Below are positions 6,650-15,240 of a stretch of DNA of 32,000 nt, in pieces; positions within the stretch are counted from its first letter, which is position 1, and the number at the start of each line of letters is the position of its first letter. A model generated the notes under the pieces. That model searched no databases and was not told the DNA's origin. It saw nothing but the letters and a program-made list of their open reading frames with translations. The translations under genes and the position numbers were made by a program. This DNA comes from Methanobacteriota archaeon (lineage in GTDB: Archaea > Thermoplasmatota > Poseidoniia > Poseidoniales > Thalassarchaeaceae): NCBI GenBank assembly GCA_002723045.1, contig PBNI01000030.1:1-32000 (forward strand). The letters run 5' to 3'.

Positions 6650-8557
6650 ATGTTCTGTTTGAGTGGAATATTTGTGCCTACAGGTCAGCCAATAGGCAAT
6701 ACTCTTCTCAGTACTATGATGCTTCTTCTCGTTTCGTTTTCAGGTTGCTTGCAAACAAATTCGGATAATTCAGAATTAGTAACACCAGGACAAGAAGAAC
6801 CATCACACGAAGAGCAGATGGAGGCAGCAATCCCCCTATCAATAGCATTCATCGTGGATGAGGTAACATTCGGCACCCAAAATGACCCTTCCTACATGGC
6901 CGAGAGATTTTCAGATGAGACTATCTTCGATGTTACCCCATATCCCGTTGAATCCGAAGAAGCGATGATCGAGTCTCTCAGGTTCGGTCATGTTGACCTT
7001 GCAATGATGGATGCAGCCTCATCTTGGATGAGTTGGAAGAACTACGACCTACAGGTTCTTCTTGCTGATCAGGAGAACTACGGCAGAACCTACTACAATT
7101 CCAATGCATGGGTCAAATCAGACAGCGAGATCGCCACTTACCACAGTGACGACGATCCGTTGACCGATCCATTTTCATTATTCGAGGGGAAGAAACCCTG
7201 TCACACAGGATGGTTCGACTCCGTGGGGATGCTTCTGCCCATGGGTTTCCTACTGGGCCTTGGATATGCTAATGTCGCTGGAAATCCAAACGATGTGGAA
7301 TCACTACTATTCACAATTCAAGACTTCCTGGATGATGAGCCCGCAATTCCACAAGCAGGCACAAAGTATTACGGATATTCAGGAGCCCTCAGATGCCTTT
7401 CAGATGGAACTGGAGACATCGCATTCCTCCAAGACTCAACAGTATCCGAACACTGTTCTGAAGACGATCAGAACAGGCCCTCGTGGTGTCTCGCAGAGGA
7501 TGAGTACACCGTACTTCCAACCTTTGGTAGGTCTCCCAGCAACGCATTAATGTTCAATCCCGACTTCCTCGATTCTGAAACTTCGCAGAAGATTTCCGAA
7601 GAATTTCTTAGGCTCAGCGGAATCAACGAAATGGACCAGACACTACGATCTCTGTTCGGAACCTCAGGTTTTACCTCTACCACTTCCTTCGAGCATTTGG
7701 ATGGATACTCCTCCCTCATTTACAACATTCCCGGATTGCAGGCATACTTCGAGGACCCTAGTAATTCCGAACAAGTCAATCTGAGTGTAGAAGAAATCGT
7801 AATCGGTGTAATTGGCCCTCTGTCAAACTCCACTGCATTTTCTTTCGAATTCTTGGCCGATTCAATTAGCGATGATGTGGGAATAAATGTGAGTATTTCA
7901 GAATTCGAGAATCATATTAGTCTGGTGGAAAACCTTTCAAATGGCGTCATAAACATTGCAATAACCGATGGAATCTCCTCTTGGAAGGCATGGAAGCATG
8001 ATGGCATGTCGGTTCTGGCGTCATTATTGAACGAACATGAGAGAGCATTTTCACAATCTCTTGCCATCGTCAAATCAGACAGCGAATTAGCCAGCTCATC
8101 AGATCCGTATACTTTGATGAGTGGCCTCTCTCCATGCTTTGCAGGCCCAAGTCATCCGAGCACACTATTGGCGACAGGACATCTGATTGGAGAGGGACTG
8201 ACTAACGATTTACCAGATATAGGAAACTCCACGATTTCTGAGATAATCCAATCAGTCTTCGATTCAAATTATAGCTTCCCCGGGGAGGAGGCAGAATTCC
8301 ATGGAACCAATGGCGCTCTTAGATGCCTATCAGAGGGAGGCGGCGACATTGCATTTGTTATCAACGATGGGCAAGCAATCTTCTGTAACGATGACTTACA
8401 GCCTACAGATGAAACGTGGTGTCTAGATTCAGAAGCATATGCCTCATTGCCGTCTCTCGGGGATCTTCCATATCGATCCTTCATCTACGACCCCACAATA
8501 TTGGATGTAGTATCACGCACAGCTATCCTAAACTCGATACTATCACTAAATTACTAG
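6650..8557 (+). CDS. Tandem two-lobe transferrin-like lipoprotein
   Basis: 635 aa; alternative start ATG 6716 (MMLLLVSFSGC lipobox-like). Lobe 1 (about 6820-7750): GKKPCHTGWFDSVGMLLPMG, YYGYSGALRCLSDGTGDIAFLQD, TYYNSNAWV, LAMMDAAS. Lobe 2 (about 7790-8554): LSPCFAGPSHPSTLLATGHLIG, FHGTNGALRCLSEGGGDIAFVIND, AITDGISS. Confidence 0.8.
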   Translation: MFCLSGIFVPTGQPIGNTLLSTMMLLLVSFSGCLQTNSDNSELVTPGQEEPSHEEQMEAAIPLSIAFIVDEVTFGTQNDPSYMAERFSDETIFDVTPYPVESEEAMIESLRFGHVDLAMMDAASSWMSWKNYDLQVLLADQENYGRTYYNSNAWVKSDSEIATYHSDDDPLTDPFSLFEGKKPCHTGWFDSVGMLLPMGFLLGLGYANVAGNPNDVESLLFTIQDFLDDEPAIPQAGTKYYGYSGALRCLSDGTGDIAFLQDSTVSEHCSEDDQNRPSWCLAEDEYTVLPTFGRSPSNALMFNPDFLDSETSQKISEEFLRLSGINEMDQTLRSLFGTSGFTSTTSFEHLDGYSSLIYNIPGLQAYFEDPSNSEQVNLSVEEIVIGVIGPLSNSTAFSFEFLADSISDDVGINVSISEFENHISLVENLSNGVINIAITDGISSWKAWKHDGMSVLASLLNEHERAFSQSLAIVKSDSELASSSDPYTLMSGLSPCFAGPSHPSTLLATGHLIGEGLTNDLPDIGNSTISEIIQSVFDSNYSFPGEEAEFHGTNGALRCLSEGGGDIAFVINDGQAIFCNDDLQPTDETWCLDSEAYASLPSLGDLPYRSFIYDPTILDVVSRTAILNSILSLNY

Positions 8558-8842
8558 ATGTTCCTCGATAATTTCACAACAATGGGCAGCGAATACACAG
8601 GTTGCTACGATATCTCGATCCACAAGATAGACGAGACATCCCCCAGAGGTGCGTGCGGCTCTGAGATTCTTTCCAATTCTCTGCATTCAACTGGAGTTTC
8701 CAGAACCACCTCGCAGAGTCAACTAGGTCACCTTTCCACGCTAATCGGCAATTTGCCAAACCAGTTGTTAGTCAATTTCTTAGTTGAAAATTAAGAATGA
8801 CCCATAACAACATACTAAGTGTACATTTTTCTTCATAAGAGC

Positions 8843-9259
8843 ATGAACAATGTAGACGTACATCTTGCTGACACAGATCGTTCTACTGCCAGTCGAATAT
8901 TCTGGTTCATTCTCGGCCTCACCTCAATGACACTGGGATTGATTGGTATCCCGGTTCCAGGCCTGCCAACCACCCCTTTCATGATTCTAGCAGCAGCTTG
9001 CTTCGCTCGTTCCAGTCAGAGATTCTATGATTGGGTAATCAATAACAAATTGTTCGGCACTCACGTTAAGAGCTACAGAGAGGGCAATGGAATCCCAAAG
9101 AGGAGTAAGCCGATGATCCTGGCAACAATGTGGACCTTTGTTTTGTTCGCGGTCCTAGTTGCCATTCCAGATGATGTTCCCATCTCCAAGGCCGCCACAC
9201 TGATTCTAGCATTAATCGGGACCATCTTCATTCTTAGGATTCCTAGTTCTGAACATTAG
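8843..9259 (+). CDS. YbaN/DUF454 family inner-membrane protein
   Basis: GLIGIPVPGLPTTPFMILAAACFARSSQRFYDWV is the DUF454 signature. Start uncertain (GTG 8819 or ATG 8843). The 3' end overlaps hemH by 17 nt, convergently. Confidence 0.75.
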   Translation: MNNVDVHLADTDRSTASRIFWFILGLTSMTLGLIGIPVPGLPTTPFMILAAACFARSSQRFYDWVINNKLFGTHVKSYREGNGIPKRSKPMILATMWTFVLFAVLVAIPDDVPISKAATLILALIGTIFILRIPSSEH

Positions 9260-10334
9260 AGAATCCCTTGTCGATCAACTTTGAAAGTCCTGATATCCAA
9301 TCTGGATTATCGTTGAGACATTTGACTACGGAGAAATGATTTCCACCATGACTGATGTAGTGCTCACGGACCTCAATGTCCAATTCCTCCAGCGTCTCTA
9401 AACCGTCAGCCAGGAATGCCGGAGAGACAACAACCACGTCTAGATCCTTCTTCGCCAAGTCTTCCACCACAGATAGAGTGGAGGGCTTCAGCCACTTCGC
9501 CGGCCCCAGCCTACTCTGGAAACTTATCGACCAAGCGTCATCAGACAATCCCAATTCGTCAACCACAGACTTTGCGGTCATACTGCAATGATGGGAGTAG
9601 CACATCGAGTTCGCCTCGTCCCTTCGGGCACAGCAACCGTCAACTTTCTGGCAGTATGAACCGGTTTTGTCAGCCCTCTTGACATGAGATATTGGCAGTC
9701 CGTGGAACGAGAATAGTAAGTGAGACCTCTCATTTAGGTGGGGTCTGATAGATCTCACCAGTGGCATGATGAACTCAGGCTCTTCTTCGAAGTGGCCCAG
9801 TTCGAAGAGATCCGGACTCCAACCAATTTCTCTCAATTGCCGAAAAGCCTCTTTCATAGAAGACTCAGTCGTGGCTTGAGCATGGTGTGGGAAAAGCGGA
9901 GCCAGTAGCAACTCCTCAACCCCTTCGGATCTGAGACTCTGCAAAGCAGATCCGATGCTCGGATTGCCATACCTCATCCCTACCTCGCACGCTACGTCCC
10001 CCATCTCCAATTGGAGCTTCTCAGCCATTCTTCTGGTATAGACTCGGAGAGGAGAATCACCATCCATCCAGATACTAGCATACCTTGGTGCTATGTTTCT
10101 CGGCCTAATCCTCAGAATTACCCCCCTAACCAGAAGATGCCTTAGTATGGTAGGAATGTCAATGACATCTGGATCCAGCAAGAATTCTCTCAAGTACTCC
10201 CTGACTGAACCCACGGTCGCCTCATCGGGCGTTCCAATGTTCATCAGCAGAACGCCTCTTTTTACCACAAACTCCACGCTCCAAAATCTAGTTATAATCG
10301 TAAGTTTCAGAAACTCTGTTTTCGAAAATAACAT
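9243..10334 (-). CDS. hemH: Ferrochelatase with an internal Cys-rich insert
   Basis: GVLLMNIGTPDEATVGSVREYLREFLLDPDVIDIP, SLRSEGVEELLLAPLFPHHAQATT and LLFSFHGLP are ferrochelatase-like. Start uncertain: GTG 10361, ATG 10334, or GTG codons near 10283-10295 just before VKRGVLLMN. Confidence 0.85.
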   Translation of the reverse strand: MLFSKTEFLKLTIITRFWSVEFVVKRGVLLMNIGTPDEATVGSVREYLREFLLDPDVIDIPTILRHLLVRGVILRIRPRNIAPRYASIWMDGDSPLRVYTRRMAEKLQLEMGDVACEVGMRYGNPSIGSALQSLRSEGVEELLLAPLFPHHAQATTESSMKEAFRQLREIGWSPDLFELGHFEEEPEFIMPLVRSIRPHLNERSHLLFSFHGLPISHVKRADKTGSYCQKVDGCCARRDEANSMCYSHHCSMTAKSVVDELGLSDDAWSISFQSRLGPAKWLKPSTLSVVEDLAKKDLDVVVVSPAFLADGLETLEELDIEVREHYISHGGNHFSVVKCLNDNPDWISGLSKLIDKGFSNVQN

Positions 10335-10382
10335 TTCTATTGAACAAATCAATATGGTCACTGCAGTAGAACAAAATTGAGA

Positions 10383-10398
10383 TTTAGGGTTACCTAAA
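10383..10398. promoter_or_regulatory. Second copy of the palindromic box TTTAGG-GTTA-CCTAAA
   Basis: Identical to 4747-4762. Lies in the hemH / lipoprotein divergent intergenic region, followed by the TATA-like TTATAA at 10401-10406. Confidence 0.6.
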
Positions 10399-10425
10399 AA
10401 TTATAAGACATACTTTGTGCGGAGG

Positions 10426-10441
10426 TTTAGGGTGCCCTAAA
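10426..10441. promoter_or_regulatory. Third box, perfect 7-2-7 palindrome TTTAGGG-TG-CCCTAAA, abutting the lipoprotein ATG
   Basis: Read directly; it ends 1 nt before ATG 10442. Confidence 0.55.
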
Positions 10442-11695
10442 ATGAATGGTAAACTACTAAGCTTAATGATGACAATACTGATGATGGCCTCAGCCCTTGC
10501 TGGGTGTGCAGGAGACGATGTTGACCTGGATGCAGAGGACGGGGGCTACGAATACGCCTCCAACGTCGACAACCACCGCATGCTGATGGGAGATGTCTGT
10601 GACATCAAGGATCTATCTGGAGCATACGACTGGGACGGCGTTAAGGACATCTATGAGAACGGAGAGCACGCAGAGAAGTCCGACGGTTCCTACAGGACCC
10701 TAATGGGCTTCGCTGATGCTTCGGGCAAGAACCACGCCTATGACGCATTCTATGGTGCAGACGGGTCATGGCATGACTTCGTGAACGCCGCCATTAGCGG
10801 TTCTGGGGCATTCGATGGAGAGTCCGACACAGTCAGAGACCAAGCCACAGAGAAGGGAATCCAGAACGGAGTCATGACTGCATACGCAATCCACGAGCTA
10901 AATGCCGCTATTATCAAGGCAGAGGCTGGAAACTGGGGCCCAGATGATGCTCAGCACGCCTGGGACGAAGGATGGGCATTCTATCACGGACCAGATGATT
11001 CTAACCACGACTACGACGGATGCGGTCCATACGCCACTGCCGACAAGAGGGCTGGAAACTTCGGGACCGCCAACTCTGGCGGCACCGCCGCAACTAACGT
11101 AGCTACATTGGCTGCAATGAATGCCGGCCTCACCGCTATGCAGAACGAGGACATGCAAGGGCTAGTCGACGCACGAGATGAGATTCTCAAGAACATCGTC
11201 ATCGTCTATTCACAGGCTTCCGTAAGGTACGCATCGAAGATGACAGACGACCTAGCCGCTGGAGACACCTCAGACTACGACAAGCACCAGGCAGAGGGCC
11301 ACTCCTTCTACAGGGTCATCGAGGCATACGTTGCTGAGTACACTTCGATCTGCTACAACATGGTCTCCCACACGGTATCCTCGGATACCTCACAGGCATC
11401 TTGCGAGGCATGGATGTACTTGGAGAACTACACGTCTTCCAACGACCCAGATGGGGAGGAGTTCACCGGCTGCTACAACTCTGTTACACACTCTCAGCAC
11501 GAGGGAATGTCACAGGAGGAGTGCGAGGCTTTCGGATGGTACGCAAACTACTACTCCGACAAGATCGTAGCAATGTTCGACCTATCCAACGATGGAGACG
11601 CTTCCGCAGATTACGAAGCTGACATCAGGGCTTGGCTACAGCCTGCATGGGATCATTACGGGATTACCGCAGGAGACATAGGAACTCTACAGTAA
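10442..11695 (+). CDS. Secreted lipoprotein of unknown function (candidate iron-regulated metal/haem-binding protein)
   Basis: ATG 10442 gives MNGKLLSLMMTILMMASALAGC (signal plus lipobox-like). Acidic, His/Trp/Tyr-rich and helix-looking. Internal duplicate: ICYNMVSHTVSSDTSQASCEAWMY and GCYNSVTHSQHEGMSQEECEAFGWY. Confidence 0.8.
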   Translation: MNGKLLSLMMTILMMASALAGCAGDDVDLDAEDGGYEYASNVDNHRMLMGDVCDIKDLSGAYDWDGVKDIYENGEHAEKSDGSYRTLMGFADASGKNHAYDAFYGADGSWHDFVNAAISGSGAFDGESDTVRDQATEKGIQNGVMTAYAIHELNAAIIKAEAGNWGPDDAQHAWDEGWAFYHGPDDSNHDYDGCGPYATADKRAGNFGTANSGGTAATNVATLAAMNAGLTAMQNEDMQGLVDARDEILKNIVIVYSQASVRYASKMTDDLAAGDTSDYDKHQAEGHSFYRVIEAYVAEYTSICYNMVSHTVSSDTSQASCEAWMYLENYTSSNDPDGEEFTGCYNSVTHSQHEGMSQEECEAFGWYANYYSDKIVAMFDLSNDGDASADYEADIRAWLQPAWDHYGITAGDIGTLQ

Positions 11696-11706
11696 GAGTA
11701 ACGTTG

Positions 11707-11759
11707 GCGGGGGGCGCATCACCCCAGCATCATTTTCGGTTTCCGCAAACCGGCCCCCC
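11707..11759 (+). terminator. Nested hairpin downstream of the lipoprotein gene
   Basis: Outer stem CGGGGGG (11707-11713) / CCCCCCG (11753-11759). Inner stem CGGTTT (11736-11741) / AAACCG (11746-11751) with loop CCGC. T4 tract at 11732-11735. Confidence 0.35.
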
Positions 11760-11815
11760 GTCAACAACACACCTATACTAGAACAGGAATATTGAACGAA
11801 ATTTTCGGTGTAAGG

Positions 11816-14164
11816 ATGAGAATAGGAATACTGCTTGTATCTATATTACTGATTTCCTTTATCTCTCCAGTAAGTACTTCCGAAGAAACCGAACAACAGA
11901 CGTTCACCCTTTCTGGAAACGTATTCTCCTCTAGTGGTAATCCTGCAAATTCGACTTCGATAAAGGTTGACTCCATGGAGTCAACATGGTCCTCCAACGG
12001 GGCTTACTCATTCGCGGGCATCACTCCGGGAGAGCACACCGTCAGAGCCTACTTCATGAATGATGGACACACTGTGGTGTACAGGAAGATAATTGTAGAA
12101 TCCGACATGGAACTTGATTGGTACGAGGGAAGAAATTGGATTACATTCGAAGTTTTAGAAGATGATACGAACATCCAAGATTCAGAACTCAACACAGTCG
12201 AACTGATTGAGACATCTGAGAATATTTCAACTCAGTCAGGAAGGGGTGAGTTCGGGCCATACCAAATTGGAGAATACTTCACACTGATGGCATACTACGG
12301 AGGAATTGACCAGTCCACGCAGTTTGTTCACTTCAGGATGGAAGCCGGATCTTCTTCAGAACACGGCCCTAATGATTTTCATTTCAATCATGGAAAGAAT
12401 AGTAGGTATGGCTTTCTGACCGATTTATATGGAAACCCCATCGAGGGAGCTTCCGTTATTTACGGATCAACTAGCTCGATAACAAACTCAGATGGATTCT
12501 TCCTTTTCCAGAATCTAGATGTCGGCACCATTCAGAACTTATCTGCTTCTAAATGGGGGTACCAAATAGTTGATCCGATTAGTACCGAGATTACGCACGG
12601 ACAAGGTTGGCTGAACATCACCTCGACAGTAGAGACAAACTTGCCCGACTACGCAAATTTCACCACTCAAATCATTACATCCCAACTGGAACAGATCACT
12701 ATTGATTGGAGTGGTGGGGCATATACTGATTTCTACTCCCTATACCTAGGGGAAGAGCTAGTTTACAGAGGTGAGATGGAGAGTTTTGATTTCCTACCCG
12801 AACAGTCAGGAAACTATCAATTCAGAATTGAATCGACAAATTCTAACGGCTCTAAGATCAATCCAAAGGATTTGCAGGTCATCGTTCTACCTAGCCAACC
12901 AAACTCCGATTTGTGGTCTCCGGGTATGAGTTGGAATTACTCTCTCGTTTCTACTCCAGAATTCTATCAAAACAAGACCTATACCTCGATTGGATCAGAG
13001 TCAATACTGGATTCATTCGGTAACAATCGCTCCTCGTATCTCCTCAGGGTTTCGGACGAAGACTACGAGGAGGGGGAGAAGGCCTTCCGATGGGTGGACT
13101 CGGAGGGCCTCATGACCATTCACACCTTCTGGGCAGATGCCCCTTCGTCGTCTTCTTACTACCAGGAGGGTTTCCTGGGTTGGAACTTCACAGATTCAAC
13201 AGGAATTCCAGTGAACCCCCTCCATCAAGTTGCAGACGGTGAACTCAATCTTCACTTCAATCGGACAAACATTATCGGAGTCCCTGGCCATCCAAACGGC
13301 TACGATGATACCACTAATTCTGTGATTGTAACTCATGGAGTCGAACTAACTACTGCTGCAGGCACATTCACCACGACTCATCTGGAAATCACTGACAACA
13401 ACGATGGCATCGTATCTTGGGAGATGTGGTACAATGAGACGGTTAGGAACTGGGTCAAGATCATAGATAGACTACCAGGTTCTCACTCAGACATGGTTAT
13501 CCGGGAGTTGACCTCATTCGAGGTCCCAATCACCCCCCAATTCATTACTGAAGATAATAGAAACTTTTCCGATGACGATGTAGAGATAGAATGGGCACAA
13601 TTCCCAGGGGCTCAGAGATACAAACTAATTGAGAACGGGCAAGTTGTATACATTGGAGAAGACTCTAGAATAAACCTCCCCAATAGACAGGACGGAGAGT
13701 ACAATTTCCAGATTATTGCAGAGATGACAACTGGTCAGATCATTCAAGGAGAAAAAATTTCTATTGAGGTATTCTTTGTTCTAGAACCCCCTGTATTTCT
13801 TTCCAATTCACATTCTACAATAACCTCGGATGAGTCAATCGTGACTTGGTCATCTGTGGAAGGAAGAGCCATGTATACCGTTTTGGTAATGCCAGAAGAC
13901 GGCCCATCTTACGAAGCATACAATGGTTACGAGAATCAGACATTGCTGGAGGATCTAGACACAGGAATCAATAGAATTCGGGTGAAGGCAACTCTGGAAA
14001 ACGGTAAGGCTTCAGAATTTTCAGACTCGATTTTCATCACATTCGAAAGGTCAGAGGACAACCTCCCCTCCCCATCAGCTCTTTCCACGCTCCTCCTCCT
14101 TGTTTTCGTATCCAGATTTTCAACAACAAGGAGGAATGAAAGTTGGCAACACGATCTAAAATAG
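11816..14164 (+). CDS. Cell-surface protein with carboxypeptidase-regulatory-like and FN3-like repeats and a C-terminal LPSPS-helix-RR anchor
   Basis: ATG 11816 is preceded by GGTGTAAGG. Signal MRIGILLVSILLISFISPVSTS. CarboxypepD_reg-like segments FTLSGNVFSSSGNPANS...GAYSFAGITPGEHTV and GFLTDLYGNPIEGASVIYG...SDGFFLFQNLDVG. Three FN3-like units (IDWSGGAYTDFYSLY.., VEIEWAQFPGAQRYKL.., IVTWSSVEGRAMYTVL..). Its 3' end overlaps the next gene by 22 nt. Confidence 0.75.
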   Translation: MRIGILLVSILLISFISPVSTSEETEQQTFTLSGNVFSSSGNPANSTSIKVDSMESTWSSNGAYSFAGITPGEHTVRAYFMNDGHTVVYRKIIVESDMELDWYEGRNWITFEVLEDDTNIQDSELNTVELIETSENISTQSGRGEFGPYQIGEYFTLMAYYGGIDQSTQFVHFRMEAGSSSEHGPNDFHFNHGKNSRYGFLTDLYGNPIEGASVIYGSTSSITNSDGFFLFQNLDVGTIQNLSASKWGYQIVDPISTEITHGQGWLNITSTVETNLPDYANFTTQIITSQLEQITIDWSGGAYTDFYSLYLGEELVYRGEMESFDFLPEQSGNYQFRIESTNSNGSKINPKDLQVIVLPSQPNSDLWSPGMSWNYSLVSTPEFYQNKTYTSIGSESILDSFGNNRSSYLLRVSDEDYEEGEKAFRWVDSEGLMTIHTFWADAPSSSSYYQEGFLGWNFTDSTGIPVNPLHQVADGELNLHFNRTNIIGVPGHPNGYDDTTNSVIVTHGVELTTAAGTFTTTHLEITDNNDGIVSWEMWYNETVRNWVKIIDRLPGSHSDMVIRELTSFEVPITPQFITEDNRNFSDDDVEIEWAQFPGAQRYKLIENGQVVYIGEDSRINLPNRQDGEYNFQIIAEMTTGQIIQGEKISIEVFFVLEPPVFLSNSHSTITSDESIVTWSSVEGRAMYTVLVMPEDGPSYEAYNGYENQTLLEDLDTGINRIRVKATLENGKASEFSDSIFITFERSEDNLPSPSALSTLLLLVFVSRFSTTRRNESWQHDLK

Positions 14165-15237
14165 CCATTTTCCAGTCAGGCATCATCTTTCTATGTGCTA
14201 TTGGGGCATGGCAGTTTTCATCCATTATCTCCGAAACCGATGAATCTGGGTCAATTTCTGTAGTTGATTCCAACGGTGTAGGGCACTTCTTTGATGAATC
14301 TCCAGATAGAGTTGTTCTGACAAATACTTACGCTGCGAGCGTGATGAGAATGTTGGGGATAGACAACTCCGTGATTGTTGGAGTATCTGGCGACTTCTAC
14401 GACGAGACTCTGTGGCCAGAACTCTCTCAAAGGGATATGGTACAGCAATCTGCACATTCTGAGATTGATTTCGAGGCGCTCTTGGATTCCCGACCGGACG
14501 TCTACATCGTTTTCGCAACAAATGGAATGGTCGATACCAATGCAATCAGAGAGAAACTTGAACCTGTAGGGATTAGAGTCCTAGCCCTGGATTTCTACAA
14601 GTACGATTCACTAAGAATAGAGATTGGGGTGATGGCAGAGTTATTTGGCAAGCAAGTAGAGGCCGAGACACTGTTTTCTGAGTTTGACACTATCGAGGCC
14701 CTAGTCACAAACCGAACTTCACAGCTCACAGAATCTCAGAGGCCGATTGTAGTTATGGAGCACCATGCATCACTAACTCGAGATCCCGTGGTTCTAACTG
14801 GCACTTCTCAATGGACCGACATGATACACAAGGCAGGCGCGAAAAACGTGTTCGCCGATCTCCCAGGGCATACCACCCATGTAGACATGGAAGCGATTCT
14901 GGATGCAAACCCCGACGTGCTAATGTTCGATGGAATCGTTTTCGACATCGGATTCAATTCCTTCGACAATGAAAGTAAATGCGATACCCATTTCGATTTC
15001 ATCAAAGAGAGGCCCGGTTTCGACAACCTAAACGCCGTTAGCAACGATCGAATGGCTATAATGTCGGGAGAATTTGCAGGCCCAATGATGATTCATGGCC
15101 TCCCAACTCTAGCCAAACTAATCCATCCAGAGATTTTTTCTGATATCGACGCTGACTACTTCCTGGACGAATATTTCTCCAATTACCATGGAATCGAAAG
15201 AATGGGGAAGTTCGTTTGTACTTCAGGGGGCGACTAA
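14143..15237 (+). CDS. ABC substrate-binding protein, cluster A-2 (FecB/HmuT/BtuF type; Fe-siderophore, haem or corrinoid)
   Basis: TTG start 8 nt after a strong AGGAGG (14129-14134). N-terminal anchor IAIFQSGIIFLCAIGAW. PDRVVLTNTYAASVMRMLGI...SRPDVYIVF...IRVLALDF is typical of the Peripla_BP_2 family. Confidence 0.8.
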   Translation: MATRSKIAIFQSGIIFLCAIGAWQFSSIISETDESGSISVVDSNGVGHFFDESPDRVVLTNTYAASVMRMLGIDNSVIVGVSGDFYDETLWPELSQRDMVQQSAHSEIDFEALLDSRPDVYIVFATNGMVDTNAIREKLEPVGIRVLALDFYKYDSLRIEIGVMAELFGKQVEAETLFSEFDTIEALVTNRTSQLTESQRPIVVMEHHASLTRDPVVLTGTSQWTDMIHKAGAKNVFADLPGHTTHVDMEAILDANPDVLMFDGIVFDIGFNSFDNESKCDTHFDFIKERPGFDNLNAVSNDRMAIMSGEFAGPMMIHGLPTLAKLIHPEIFSDIDADYFLDEYFSNYHGIERMGKFVCTSGGD

Positions 15238-15240
15238 GCA

